The notes below the pieces were generated by a model. It saw only the letters and a list, made by a program, of their open reading frames with translations, had not been told where the DNA came from and did not search any database. This document shows positions 1-15,171 of a stretch of DNA of 64,000 bases, piece by piece. A program made the position numbers and the translations under genes. Every line of letters starts with the position of its first letter. The first letter of the stretch is position 1. The DNA lies in assembly GCA_039545335.1 (NCBI GenBank), contig BCIN01000003.1, positions 2,179,060 through 2,243,059 of the forward strand. Direction: 5' to 3'. This DNA comes from Kondoa subrosea. Its lineage: Eukaryota.

Positions 1-735
1 TTTACCTTCACATTTCTGACATTTCGGAATAGAGGTGCTATACATCATTCTGTAAGCTAACGTAGACCCTATATCTTCACGATACTGACGAGAATACTTG
101 ACAGCGCTATGAATCGTCAAAGCCGGGAAAAGCATTGAAGCCGTGGCTTGGAAAATGGCTCGTTTGGCTACGACTAGTCCCACTTCAGTGGTTTCTGATG
201 GACCGTCCAGGACTGCGGGCGAATTCTTCCGCCTTAGATGAGCTTTGTAGCCTTCATAACCGACGTCTCCTCCTGTAGCACTAATGAGCGCAAAATACCA
301 GCTTAGTTGGGTTACGTACCTAGATACAGCCAAGACACAGCGTATCTATGCGAAACATTCAGACATGACATGAGGCAGTGATTAGTCTCACTTACGCTCC
401 TCGCACGAAAGCCGGGTTGACAATTGGTCGGAAAGCTTCTCCCAGATCAGAAGTGTATGCAAGATAACGACTGCTGTGCGAGGACAGGTTAGCCTTTAGT
501 TGTGGTTTACCAGCTTGCGGAACATATCTTGATGAAGATTGGTTTCAGACGAGCCAGATAGGCCGCGTATCTGACATTGGTATTCGTGGAATCTTGCAAT
601 TGGCCGTCAACCTTCATAGATTGTCAAAAGCCATTCATATATAGGTCAACATTGCAAGTCTACCATCTTGTCTACTATTTTCTCCTCCAATCCTACAGCC
701 TTTTCTACCAGCGTTGTAGCGGTAGTGGTAGACAT
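1..735 (-). CDS. MTP18: Mitochondrial fission process protein MTP18/MTFP1 family (spliced, runs off the left edge)
   Basis: Spliced translation contains DSTNTNVRYAAYLARL, YTSDLGEAFRPIV, AYAVSWLYL, GDVGYEGYKA and RAIFQATASMLFPALTIHSAVKY. ATG at 735. Confidence 0.85.
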
Positions 736-1235
736 CTTGGAAACTTGTATGTCGGAAGTGAGAAGTACAATCAAAGGGAGGGAGCAACAGCAGCCACAAG
801 ACTCGGCAGGAAGAGAGACCAGGCAATCAGACAGGCGCGTAGCAAGCGAATGACGACAAGCGCAATGGTTTGAGCGTAACCTCGAGTGTTTTCTTTTGTC
901 AGCACTTATCTCGCCCGGCGAGGCCAAGCACGAATATCTGGAGCTAGATTCCTCCTGCAAACAAGTATACCACAGAGCAATGGATGGATTCCTCTTCAAG
1001 CTGTCGTAAATTCTGGTTTCCATATTTCGGCGGATTGCAACTCTGTGCTGCTGACGGTGCAAAGATTTGGGCTGCAGCGTACGACTCTGCTTCTTGTGCT
1101 CCTACCATCATAGCGTCGGCTGCAATTCCGCATAAGCTATCTTCCAGCCGAAATCATAGAAATAACTCTTGAGTATCGGGATTGGATAACGGCTTCTCTT
1201 ACTCTGCTACTATCAACGCGCTCTGTCTGCCTGCA

Positions 1236-2987
1236 ATGTCAAGCGACGAGTCGAAGAATCAAGCAGCTTCGGCGGAAACGCTGGCTCGAGAGGCAAACGT
1301 TATACCTGCAATCAATTCAGAAGACATGGAGAAATTGAGTCTAAAGGAGCCAGATGTATTACCTTCGGATAGTAACAAGGCTGATTTTCCTGATGGTGGA
1401 TATGGTTGGGTGATTGTCGCTTGTGCATTCTCAATAGGTGTGTACATATACTCATTACTCATCATGCAACATACTTATTTCACTAAGCCATGGTGACCTG
1501 GGGTCTGGTAGATCCAAATCCTTATTCAAATCTTCTACCAAGTTAATTCCTTGTTTCTTCTAGAATGCTACTTTCGCTGTCTTTCTATCCTTCTACATCG
1601 AAAATGATTACTTTCCTGGCGCTACCGCTTTGGAATTTGCTTTCATCGGTGGTCTATCTCTATCGCTTGCCATGTTGGTTGGTCCTGTCTCGAATTGGCT
1701 GAGCAAGAGTTATGGGCATCGAGTTCCGATGATTATCGGCGCGATTCTTCTTGGAGGCGGTCAAATATGCGCTGGATTCGCAAAAAAGCTTTGGCAACTC
1801 TTTCTTACGCAAGGAGTTTGCTTTGGTCTAGGTTTAGGCTTTATCATGGTTTCTTCTGCGCCTATCGTTTCGCAATGGTTTGGAACAAGGAGATCGCTTG
1901 CTCTTGGCTTACAAGGTGCTGGATCAGGAGCAGGCGGGCTGTTATTCAGCAATGTTACCCGGATCATGATCGAGAAACATGGTCTTAAAAGCGCATTTCT
2001 CTTGAATGGAGGTGTCTCGGTTGGTGTGTTGATACCCGCTACTATTTTGATGTGAGTATCCGATTTAACACGAGTATGGAGCTTGAGGCTGAAATCTGTC
2101 GCAGGCGAAGTCGAAGCAAACCGCTCAAAGCCAAATTTCACCCTTTCCAAATAGACTTGTTTCGCAACCCTGGATTCCTCGCAATCGTAGCATGGGGAGT
2201 ATTCATTCAATTGGCCTATAGTGTGGGGATATATACGGTGCCTAATTATGCAGTCCAAGGGCTCGGTTTGAGTCAGAAGGACGGGTAAGATCATTCGCCA
2301 GTTTCCGGTCGCAAAATGTTAATTTTGCGCTAGATCGACACTACAAGCAATGCTAGCTGCTGGTCAATTGGTCGGGAGACCGTTGTGTGGGCTGTTCTCT
2401 GATCGCATTGGACGCATCAACGGAGCGTCGATTGTATCGAGTGAGTCTCTTCTAAGTAATCTTGGTATCGACGTCAACTGATGAAACGACCTGCAAATAG
2501 TCGTTGCTGGACTTTCATGCTTGCTCATTTGGATTTTCGCCGACAGCTTTGCCGTTCTCGGCGTATTCGCTATTATTCAAGGCGGTACTGGAGGGATCTT
2601 CTGGATTTCAAATAATGCACTCTTGACCGAAATTGTTGGCATAAGAAATCTCTCGAGTTCGTTATCTATGCTTTGGCTGTCCATAGTTATGTGAGCTTCC
2701 GTGAAGAACTCCAAGTTGTTTATTCAAATTCGTGATCGCTGCAGTCCTGCTACGATTTCTGCGCCTCTTGGCCAACTTTTTGCGGAATACAGTCGGAATA
2801 CATTGCATAGGACAGGAGCTCAAGCGTTCCACATTTCTATCGGGTTCACCGGAGGTAAGTATCAATCGCGTACATTTACATCTATTGCTGATCTCGCTGC
2901 TTAGCTGTGTTTGTCGTTAGCGGACTCTGCCTTCTCGGTGCAAAGTTCTACAAACAGAAGAACAGGAAGTTATGGCAGAAAGCCTAA
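1236..2987 (+). CDS. MFS transporter, monocarboxylate porter (Mch-like) family
   Basis: PDGGYGWVIV N-terminal motif, SQWFGTRRSLALG, GRPLCGLFSDRIGRING and multiple hydrophobic helices. Several GT-AG introns; TAA at 2985-2987. Confidence 0.9.
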
Positions 2988-3096
2988 TCACTTTTGGGGA
3001 ACGGGATACCCAGCATTTGTATATTTAAGACATATTGCATGTAATTTGGGCAAAAATGTAAATCTAATGCTCATCTATAACAACACTCTATTTTGA

Positions 3097-5364
<2,268 letters not shown>

Positions 5365-5672
5365 TTAGAAGGAGGAAGGAGAGGAGGGAGATATGGTATG
5401 ATACGATATGGTAACGGAGCAAGCCAGAAAGAGAGTTGACCAAAAACAGAGGATTTAAGAAAAATGGACGGATTGCGTTATCGACCGAAAATGTTGCTGA
5501 CTAATACTTATGTCGTTGAATTGTATATCGTTGTAGAGGCCTGCAAAGTCCCTTGTCCAGTAGATCTATAGAGCTGCAAGGGTCGCAATGTTTCCTTACC
5601 AGTTTACCCGCCAACAATGAGCAGAAGACATCTTCCAATGCTACTTTCCTCTTGAGCTTGCATAACGACAAT

Positions 5673-8008
5673 TTAGAATGCAAAGATGCCACTATCTACA
5701 AATGGTGAGAGATCCCGCCTGTTTGCCGCATTGACCAGTTCAGGGTGGTTGAGAATTTGAACGCAGTTGGCGAGCGTTTCCCAAATCGCATCTGTAGGAT
5801 TGTTGAGCAGCAGAAGACCGTCAGCAGCGGATAACATACGAGAGACGCCAGCTTTCTCTTCCGGTATAGCACCTACATCAACATCTGCCCCTCTATATTC
5901 ATTCTCCTGCTGCGCCAAAGCAGTCAAGAGGTATTCAGCCGCTTCGTAATGTTTGCCTAGGCTGATAGAAGCGACTGCGAGATTGTATCGAGCTCGAGCA
6001 TAGGTAGGTTGCAATTCCAGAGCGCGGAAGTAATATTGCATTGCTTGTTCTGCTCTTCCGCTGTTTGCATGCGTTGCGCCAAGTCGATTGTAGAGCATTG
6101 GATCCTGTAAATTCCATGAGCGCGACTTTCTGAAGCAATGCTTGTCGAGCTCACATCAGGTCTGACTGCTAATGCCGCTCCCAAACAGTCTATAGCTTTA
6201 TGGAATTCTTCACTTGAGTTGAAGAGTACGCCTAGTGCAACTTGAATATCCGCATCAATAGTTTCACCTCCGACTTCTTGTACATTCGGTGAAGCGGTAG
6301 CCATAGTAATGAGCATTCCAGTCAAATATGCATGACGATCTATAGTTGAAGCATCTTCGTCCAAATCGCCTTGTAAGGCTTTATATTGCTGAATTGTCTG
6401 AGCGTATTCCGTTCGACTATCAATCCAACGCTCTATAGCATCATATGCCAGAGACCGAACGTTCTCATTCGTATAGCTGACTGCAATAGCTAACCAAGCA
6501 TCTGATAGCTGAGGATCGATAGCTAAAGCTTGTTGTAATGCTTTGATGGCTTGTTCTTCTCTTTCGTTCTCTTGCTGCTTGATACCCAGAGCGAGCCAAG
6601 TTGAAGAATCGTGCGGATTTTGTTTGGTTTCCGCTTCTAATTGCCCAATCGTGCGAGACATTGCAGCTTGTGCTGCGTAGGACATGAATTCTCTATGCAT
6701 GGAATGTTGAGCATGTTGATGTGTTGTATGTAATGGTCGAATCCCAGTGGCTGTGGCTTCGAAAGCATCCCACTCTCTTTGTAAATGGTGCCAATCTTGC
6801 GAATCATTCCTTGAAGTAGACGCTTGCGGCGCGAAAGCAGCAGGATCAGATATTATATTCCGGTTGTCGAAACGTTCATCGACCATTTCTTCATCCTCTT
6901 GATCGTCCGTTATCGCTCCACCATCTCCTTGAAACTGTCTGATAGCAGGCTTCGCCTTTTCTCGTTCTCTTTGCTCTCTAACCATATCTTCATCATCCCA
7001 TACATCTCGCATGACTTCGTACCCATGCATAGTCTCCTGTGCTAATCTTTCGTGGTAAGAAGGATCTTGCGTATTAAGAGAAGGTTGAGCTCTTGCTTTG
7101 CCTTTATCGAGTCTGGAAGTGGATTGATATGTTCCTTGACCGTCTCCCTGAACTACTTCATTCCCTTCAACAGCGACTTCTCGATCTCGAAGTTGCCGCA
7201 TTAGGTTGAGGAAACTAGACTGCTTCAGCTTAGGATTCTGGTCTGCTGAGATGGATTCTAAGATATCGCCTGCTGTTTGAGCTAATGCATCGTCTGTTGC
7301 GGATGATCTATGATTTTGGACCAGAGGTGGAGAAGCGGACCGATCTTGCATCTTGGGAGTAGCTGATCGACTTTCGAAAGCTTTTGCCCATTGAGATGCT
7401 ACATGAGAATGTCAACATAGGTCGAGGAACAATAGCGGAAAGCTAGCTAGCTGACCTTCTTGAGCTTGATGGAATGCTGCATCTAGCTGAACCTGTTCTT
7501 CTGCCGCTCGCTGCTGCATCTGCTGTTCCATACCCCAGTCGTTGATCGGCACTTGCTGCATCTGGAACATGGCAGGCGACGCATAACGCTGAGGTATAAC
7601 GGAAGTAGCATAAGATGTAGGTTGAGATATAGGTCTAGACGTCTTTAGCTCCTTCTTGAAATCGTTTGCCCAAGCTGGTACATTGCTATTACTTGCTTGC
7701 TGGGGCAGAGAAGCAGCGAAATCAGCTGCCCAAGCAGGAACATTTCTCTGAGGCGACAGAGCTCTGTTCAGTGGAGCCAAATCAAAAGCTGGGCCAGGCG
7801 CTTGAGCATCATAGAATTGAGCTGCTTCATGATCTAATACAGTATACTGCTTGCTGTTGCTACTACGAAAGGGCTGCGACGAAGGTCCGGCTATTGGCAA
7901 GAAGCGATCATGTTGCAGTGTTCTGTCTTGATTGTAGGCGCTTTTCAAGGAGGCCAATGGATTCACAGGTCCGCAGTCAGCCCCGTTGACCAGTGAGGCG
8001 AAGGCCAT
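5673..8008 (-). CDS. PEX5: Peroxisomal targeting signal receptor Pex5 (Pex5b-like: Pex7-binding segment plus TPR domain)
   Basis: N-terminal conserved Cys (GADCGPVNPL), WxxxF motifs (WAADF, WANDF, WAKAF), KLKQSSFLNLMRQLRDREV, and TPR motifs LGIKQQENERE and YNRLGATHANSGR. Confidence 0.93.
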
Positions 8009-8416
8009 CGCTGATTGCAAAAGAAAGCAACATTTAGCGAATTCATGTGCTCTTGCTTCTAGCAACAGCGATGTAGTAACAATGCTAGTGTTCTACGGAA
8101 TGGAATAACAGCGCCTATACCCATTTACTGAATTTCAGGTCGCATCAGTACTTAATTCCTTTGGAAGCCTGGCATCAAATAACACGGTTAGAAAATCAAA
8201 ATGTCGAACAATTTCGAGCAGCTGCGATGGGCCATAATGCGCCTCACCAGTGCCACAATGGCGCACAGCTATACAGGAACAGAAAAGCTGTCAAGAAAGC
8301 GCTATCTCGAACGAAGTCTGCTTCTTGTTTCCCTTTCAATCCTTGTCTCCTTACCCTTCTTGAGTATTGCTCTTCTTCTCTCTTTCCCTCATCCGAATTG
8401 ATCATTCACTCAAATC

Positions 8417-9712
8417 ATGTCTGTTCTCATTGATATCGCTCCAAGCCCTGTTACTCTCAAATCCCCTACCGACCTTGAGATCCCTCTGTCAGCTGCTTCA
8501 CCTCTCAAGAAGATCAGCTTAGAAGATGCCATTCCTGATGTTTCTCGTGTGGTCAACGACGACGAGACAACTGCTGAAGAGATTCCTCTGGTTGACAAGT
8601 TATCCGACCGAATCGAATTGAGCATCGCCTCTCTCGAGGAAGCTCTCGCTGCTCTCAAGAAGGACAACGCAGACCAAAGTGAAGAGAAGAAGATCAAAGC
8701 CAATCTTCGGGAATTCGCTAGATTGTACACCAGATTGATTCGCAAAGAAGTTCGAATGTATGAAGATATGCTGGAAAAGATCGAGGAAGGCGGCGAAGAA
8801 GCTTCTGTCGGCGTAAGCCTATTTCTCTTCGGTGATCAACAAAAATTGACTTGTCTATACCAGCCTTACCATGATGAATTCCGTGGAGCCCTACTTAAAT
8901 TCACCAACGTCTTAAGCTCTTACAGCTCTCACGCTGAAGATTTGCCCGTAAGCATGCACTCTCCAGAACTTGCATTCTTGATTAAACAAAGGGATTCAAC
9001 AGGGGTTGTTCGACCTTATCACTGAATTGCACAACGATCTCGCTATAGAAGATGTCAAGACACTATCGAAACCTTCGATACTTTCTGTGATGCCAGTCGA
9101 GTCTACCATCTTCCTCTTTCTATGCAAGAATTGGATGAAATGCAGAAGGAAAAGGTTCCTCTTTTGGTTCTCATCATGAAGCGCTTGGAGGTACTTGAGG
9201 ATATGAATGCTATGTATGTTCAAGAAGCAGAGGATGGGATTGATGAAATAGATAAGGTAAGCTTAGTATCACGAATGCCTTGTTCCACAGCCTAATGTTT
9301 TATAACAGACCATTGCAGGATTCACTATCAAAGCCGAAGCCGACGGATTGATTAGGAGTTGTGATACATTGTTCAAAAGCGATAAGCCAGACGACAACAA
9401 GAAGGTGTGTCCTTTCTAAGAACCGTTTAGTTGCTTGATTGATGAGTGATGACAGATTGTCGCTGATCGTCTTAGCAACTTCCTCGAGATCGAAGTTGAA
9501 TCCATGCGCGAGCTCATGTTCATCGATCAGAAGTGGTACAAGGTAAGCAGGGTTTCTTCATGGAGCGGGCTGATTTACAAATTGTGTAGGCACTCGATGA
9601 TCTTCGCGCTAAGGCCAGCACCGGTGACCTCGCTTCTTGCGTCGCGGAATATGTTGCTGCTTTGGATGAGGAGGAAAAGTCCCAGTTGGAAGAAGAGCAG
9701 AAGTCCGAGTAA
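8417..9712 (+). CDS. Acidic helical protein of unknown function, paralogue A. Carries an apparent 1-nt frameshift near 9057 (possible pseudogene or assembly error)
   Basis: Six exons with canonical splice sites. Aligns with the neighbouring gene (RKEV, YH, LH..L...DV, VP..VL....R...LED) only if the frame shifts at 9057-9059. Confidence 0.65.
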
Positions 9713-10051
9713 CGCCTGTAACTGTCTCTCGAGTTGATACCTTCCTATGCATACCCTTGATTTCTCTTGTCTGGATTACGTAGCTCTGCTTGCATTTGTC
9801 ATCCGTTCTGTTGCTTGCTTTGTGTCTGTGCGCGGTCGTCGGAACGAGTCAACTTGCTGTACAATGCGATTTTCTTTCCGCGCATCTTCTCCTGCCAGAG
9901 GCTTGTACGTTCTGGTCATCTGCTTTCAAGATGATACATTCTTATTCTACTCTTGTTCTATCGGTCCCTTTGTGCTTCAGACGCTTTCTTCCAAAATAAT
10001 GACTGTTACTGGAATATCTCTTGCTTCTGACAAGCTTTCTTACCTTGAAAC

Positions 10052-11327
10052 ATGTCTACTGCTATTACACTCAAAGGCGCAGCGCCTGTAATCTCTTCTT
10101 TTGCCGTGTCCGACAACTCCCTAGCTATCTCAGGAGGCTATAGAAATGCTTTCCCCTTGAATGACAGCAAAGATTCTGACATGCCAAAGATCAGTAAAAC
10201 CATTGAAGTAGAGACTGAGGTCATTACCAACCTGCTCGACATGCTCCAGAAAGCGAAAGGTTCTGGAGATGAAGGTTGCCTGCGTTATCAAAGGGTGAGC
10301 CCTTCTTCCTCTGCCGTTCCAAGGACGAGACTGAACTTCTTGATAGCTCATGCTCGAGCTCACCATCGCTCAGGCGGCTTTCGTTCGGAACTGTCGCAAG
10401 GAAGTCGCATCGTTCGAGCAATGGATAAAAGAAGCAAAAGAAGGGCCTGTCTTCGATGTACGTTTTAAACTTAGGGAATATTCATCGCTTACCTTGCTCA
10501 ATTTCAGGCGTATCACGAAAGTTTGTGCGACAAGTTGTTATATTACATCGATCGCATTGAGGTTTGGGAACAGCTCGCGGTCGGCATCAACGTTGGCTTC
10601 ATCGTCAGTTTTCCTTTCTGCACAGTAGTAGTTCATAGTTGACGTGTTGACGCAGGACCTTCACACCTTGACGTACGATCTTCACCGAGCACTCAGCACC
10701 GGAGATGTGGAGGCGAGCTGTAATGCCTTTAAGCATTTCCATGACAGTGCTAGGGCCTACAACTTCATTCGAAGTCTGGCTGAATTACAAGAGATGCGCA
10801 AAGCTGGTGACGTTCCTGTCGAGGTCTTGATGATGACGAGATTCCTTTTGTTGGAAGATGTATCTCATGTTGGAGTAAGCTCTTCTCTCTGACAGAATGG
10901 TTTGAGACTAAGAGTCTCACAGGAAGTTCACGCAGCCATATCTTGGCATTTGCGCAAGGGCATCATTGATGACCAGATCAAAGACATTTGTACTTGGTTC
11001 GAGGAAGAGCATAGGCAGATTGATGGCAAGTCTATTCCTGACAGCGAAGTGTTTGGCAAGGTGCGGATATTGGTCCAAGTCTCTGTTCTCATATTAATCC
11101 CGTTTTAGATCTCTGTCGTTGATCGTTTGATCGAATGTCTTGATGTGGTTTTCAAGCAGGAGACGGAAGAACATACCAAGTCAGTTGATGTCTGTGTGTC
11201 ATCAAGTTGTTACTCAGTTTTTCTTATAAGACCATACGCTGATTTATTCCGTGCAATCCCTAACGATGGCAAAGACGAGAGGGACATTGTCAAAGCATTG
11301 AGGGCTTACACACCAAACAAAGCGTAA
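10052..11327 (+). CDS. Helical protein of unknown function, paralogue B
   Basis: Spliced ORF segments NCRKEVASFEQW, AYHESLCDKLL, DLHTLTYDLHRALSTGDVEASCNAF and VPVEVLMMTRFLLLED. Start uncertain (9999 or 10052). Confidence 0.65.
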
Positions 11328-11405
11328 CTATTCTCATAGCATCAATTCTTGCACAACATTATGCAATTTCTTTATTTTTATTTTTCACATGTTACATGCT
11401 TCGAC

Positions 11406-13140
11406 TTAGTTCGCAAGCTTTCCTACATTGCAAATAGCTAGCGCATCCGAGAAGCAGCTGGTGAAGTACATCTTCTCTTTATAATATTGAACATTCGTAG
11501 CTGTTTGCATGCCTGAAGTCTCTCCTGGATCAAAGAAGATATCTTCCACTTTGTAGCTGCGTGTGATGATTAGCTGGTAAAGATCTGATTCGTGAGCAAG
11601 CTTACTTGAGACCGAAAGACTCCAGCACGGCTGAATGATTTGATACTCTGATCGCCTGGACGGGCTGTACAACCGTTCTTCGACTGATTTCATCTTTCGT
11701 TGACTGCTGGAACGCTTTGAGCCTGAACAGACATCAGTCAAACAATATAGCCATCTCTAAGTCACATACTTGGTAATGATTGCGCTATTGATAAAAGTAG
11801 TCAGTTTTGGCAATTGACAACAAGATTAAGACAAGAGTGAGCTCACGCAAAGATATGACCCTGTTCATCGACATGCAGATTATCGGGGATCTTGCCCAAT
11901 TTGATAGTGTCTACTAGCAAGAAGCGATGGTCCACGTCTTGGTGCATGACATAGAGGATTCCTTTAGCTGAGGAAGAGACATAGAAAGTCTTGCCTGGTC
12001 CTCTGGTATCGCCGGTTTACCATCATCTGGGAAGAATGACAAGGTGTAATGCTCACTTGGTGATTCCGTTTGGATAATTCAGGCCTTCTGCCGCGACATA
12101 ACACTTCGCAGTAATACCTTCAGTGTCACAGAACATGATATTGGAGGAAGGGAAAAGCATAGGATGAAGATGTTTGCGAATGAAACCGGTAGGCGCATAA
12201 TGATCGTTAGTCACATAGAACTGGTTGTGAGAGATGGCAGCAACGTTGTTTGGTGTATGGACATCTTTGTTTCTGTACATCCATGAGAGTCTGCGTTAGT
12301 TTAACCGGTATATGTGATACTTACCTGAAGGTCTCTCGCCATGTCAAGACATCGCTGCCTAATTCCGTGTCAAAGATCTCAATGACTGTACTACAGTCTC
12401 AGCGCAAAGACTGGTTGATATACTGCGAAATACTAACCCGAGTCTGCTCCATGTTTAGCAGCAGCTTTATCGTTCCCTGTAACGCTAGCAGCAGGAGGAA
12501 GGTGATTAATTGCAAACAAAGTAGCTTTAGGCGGAGTAGTGCTGCGATCCACGTATAGATCCAGGCCATGTAAGATTTGTAGACCGAGCGAACCCTCGGG
12601 AAAGCCTTGAATTCGAAGTTTGGTGTACTGTTCAGTCGTTGTGTTGAAGAGCGCTATGTAGCTGTTGAAAGGCTGAGTCCATGGTTTAGGTACATTGGAT
12701 GTATTTAAGTGATGCACGGGAGGGAAGAAGTCATGTTTGAGAGGAGAAGTAGGTGTCTATATCTTACCATAGTTAGTTCCAAGAGTTGCATGTGATGACA
12801 GAGAATTCGCACGCAAGCTAAATAGCTGATACCAGTCTTTCGATCAATCCATTGGTCTTCGCAGCCTGTGAGCTCTTTGATCAGATGACAATCCTATTTT
12901 GCCGATAAGCTTGAAATGCAGATCTCATTTGGCATGAATTACCTGATTGTTGAGATTTCCTATGGTTTGCCCAACTCCCAGCAAGTATAGAATAGGCTTG
13001 ATCTGCATTTGATACAAGTATCCGACCAATAGAACAACAATTCCGAGAGCAATATTGGTATATTGACGTTTTGCAGCTGGAGTCTTCGTTGACCGCATAG
13101 CCTTGCGCTCTTCCAATTCCTTCGTCTTTCTGTCTGCCAT
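11406..13140 (-). CDS. Paraoxonase/arylesterase-like six-bladed beta-propeller with N-terminal membrane anchor
   Basis: GCED, LHGLDL, TPNNVAAISHNQFYVTNDHY, NYPNGI and PDNLHVD motifs; hydrophobic segment IALGIVVLLVGYLY. Confidence 0.85.
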
Positions 13141-13391
13141 GTTACCTAAGAGTCTTAGATGGACGTTCGAGGAGAACATTGTCCATGTCAACTTTCTGAA
13201 GTGGGGCTCCGAATTGATGCTCAACGATCAATGTTCAATAGCCTTGAGATGACGACTGGGAAGATCTGATGCAGACGACGAGAAATGGAGGTCTAGGTAA
13301 TTGGGGTGTATAGCAACAAGATCATTGCATTTCCACATTTTTCAACTTCCTTGACCTAACTATCCTTTGTGCCGATTTTTAAAGTCCACAT

Positions 13392-14547
13392 CTAGTACTT
13401 CTTGGCGGCAGTCAAAGCAAGATGAGCTGCGTGTTCGGCGAATGGCAATTCAGGTGGAGGAATTTGAGGCCAGAGATCTGTTGCAGATGTTAAACATCGT
13501 CATTAAGTGTATTATAGTTAATGGCTTACCAGGAGTGAGGATAGAGTAAGTCTGCGAGATGGCGACGAAGCATGACTTGATGAAGTTACCCATCTGCGAA
13601 ATCCGTATGTCAGCTATTGCAAAAAATAACAGAGAAAAAAATTCACGGTCGAGGTGTTACCACGCGACTGAGTGTAGACATCAGACTGCGAAGAACATGA
13701 GCTTATGCATATGGTCTAGCTAAAAGTCAACTGACGATACCGGCCAACTATTCGACTTATCAGGTATGATCGGATTACTAATGGACGAGTGTGCTTACCT
13801 GCAACATGCGCTTAGAGGCAGGGGCAGCGACGATACCAGTACCACGGGGACTGCAGCATACAGTGAGCCAGAGATCAACGCATTGAAGGAGGGAAGACTC
13901 ACGCAGGGATGAGCTTGACGTAAACGGAAGCACACTTGCCTTCAACCTTGGAAGGAACAGTGTGGGGTTCACCGAGCTTGGCACCCCAGTAGCCACGACG
14001 GACGGGCACGACAGAGAGCTTGGCCAAGATGATAGCACCACGAATTGCAGTAGCGACTTCTTTGGCGCACTTGACACCGAGACCGAGATGACCGTCAGAG
14101 TCACCAATGGCAACGAAAGCCTTGAAACGGGTACGCTGACCAGCCTGGGTCTGCTTTTGTACGGGCATGATCTTCATGACTTCGTCTGTAGCAAATGAAG
14201 GGAAAAATTAGCTTAAGCGGATCTCAACTTCATCTCACTGACCCTTGAGCTTAGGAAGAAGGATGTCAATGATCTGGTACTCCTTGACGGGCAAAGAGAA
14301 AAGGTAGATCTCTTCAATGGAGCGGATCTTTCCATCTTTGACCAATCGACCGAGCTTGGTAACAGGGACCCATTCCTTCTCCTCATCCTTGCGAGCACCA
14401 CGACGACCACGTCCTCGAGGTCTTAACACAAATCAATGAGATTATGCCAAACTTTTTGAATCAATGCGAAATTCACCCTCCACGGCCCCTTCCACGACCG
14501 AATCCTCCTCTATCTCCTGCTCCTCCTCTTGGTGCTTCTGCTGACAT
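13392..14547 (-). CDS. RPS2: 40S ribosomal protein S2 (uS5)
   Basis: RG-rich N-terminus, [39 protein letters not shown]. Includes a 12-nt exon encoding LAGI. Confidence 0.98.
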
Positions 14548-15171
14548 TCTTTAAATGTGATAAGGCGGGGATTCAACGCAACGCCTGAGGGACTGCATGA
14601 ACGAATTCAGTTTAGACAATTTTCTTAGGTCTGTACAAGTTCTGGCGCACAAGTTTCCGAGCTTGAGACTGTGTATGCAATGAGCTGGAGCAGACGGACG
14701 CAGACTGAAATGCTCACAAATTTCCGTGTGAACGAGTTCGACAAGAAAACCCACTGCACGAATCCATCACTTTTTTTGCCACATTCAACACATTCTCTTT
14801 GCTTCTCTAAGTCCTTCGGAATGCCATGAGAGCTGAGCTAGTCTAAAGCCTTAGATGCTCTGATATGGGATTTGCCTCGCTTCGTACAATCGCGCTCACG
14901 GCGCACGCACAACTCTTCCTCAAACCATCACTTCAAAAGAAAGCACAAGCCGTATACAGTCACGTACAGCGTACAGAGAGAGTGATACAGGTTGTTCTCT
15001 TTCGTTTCCTGTCCTGTGGTCTTTTTGCCTTTTCAGAAATTAGGGGATTCGAGCATCTGACTTCGAGCTCAGCCTGGGCTCTCGTTTCGCTAGCCTAGTC
15101 TATCTGTGCTATCCATCTACTACTCTCATATTCTGATATTCTACACTCGCTCGCTTCTGTGATTTGAGGCG

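Noticed and set aside
13392..15170. Intronic snoRNA in RPS2 or ncRNA in its upstream region
   Set aside because: The introns are ~50 nt, and I found no convincing box C/D or H/ACA arrangement.
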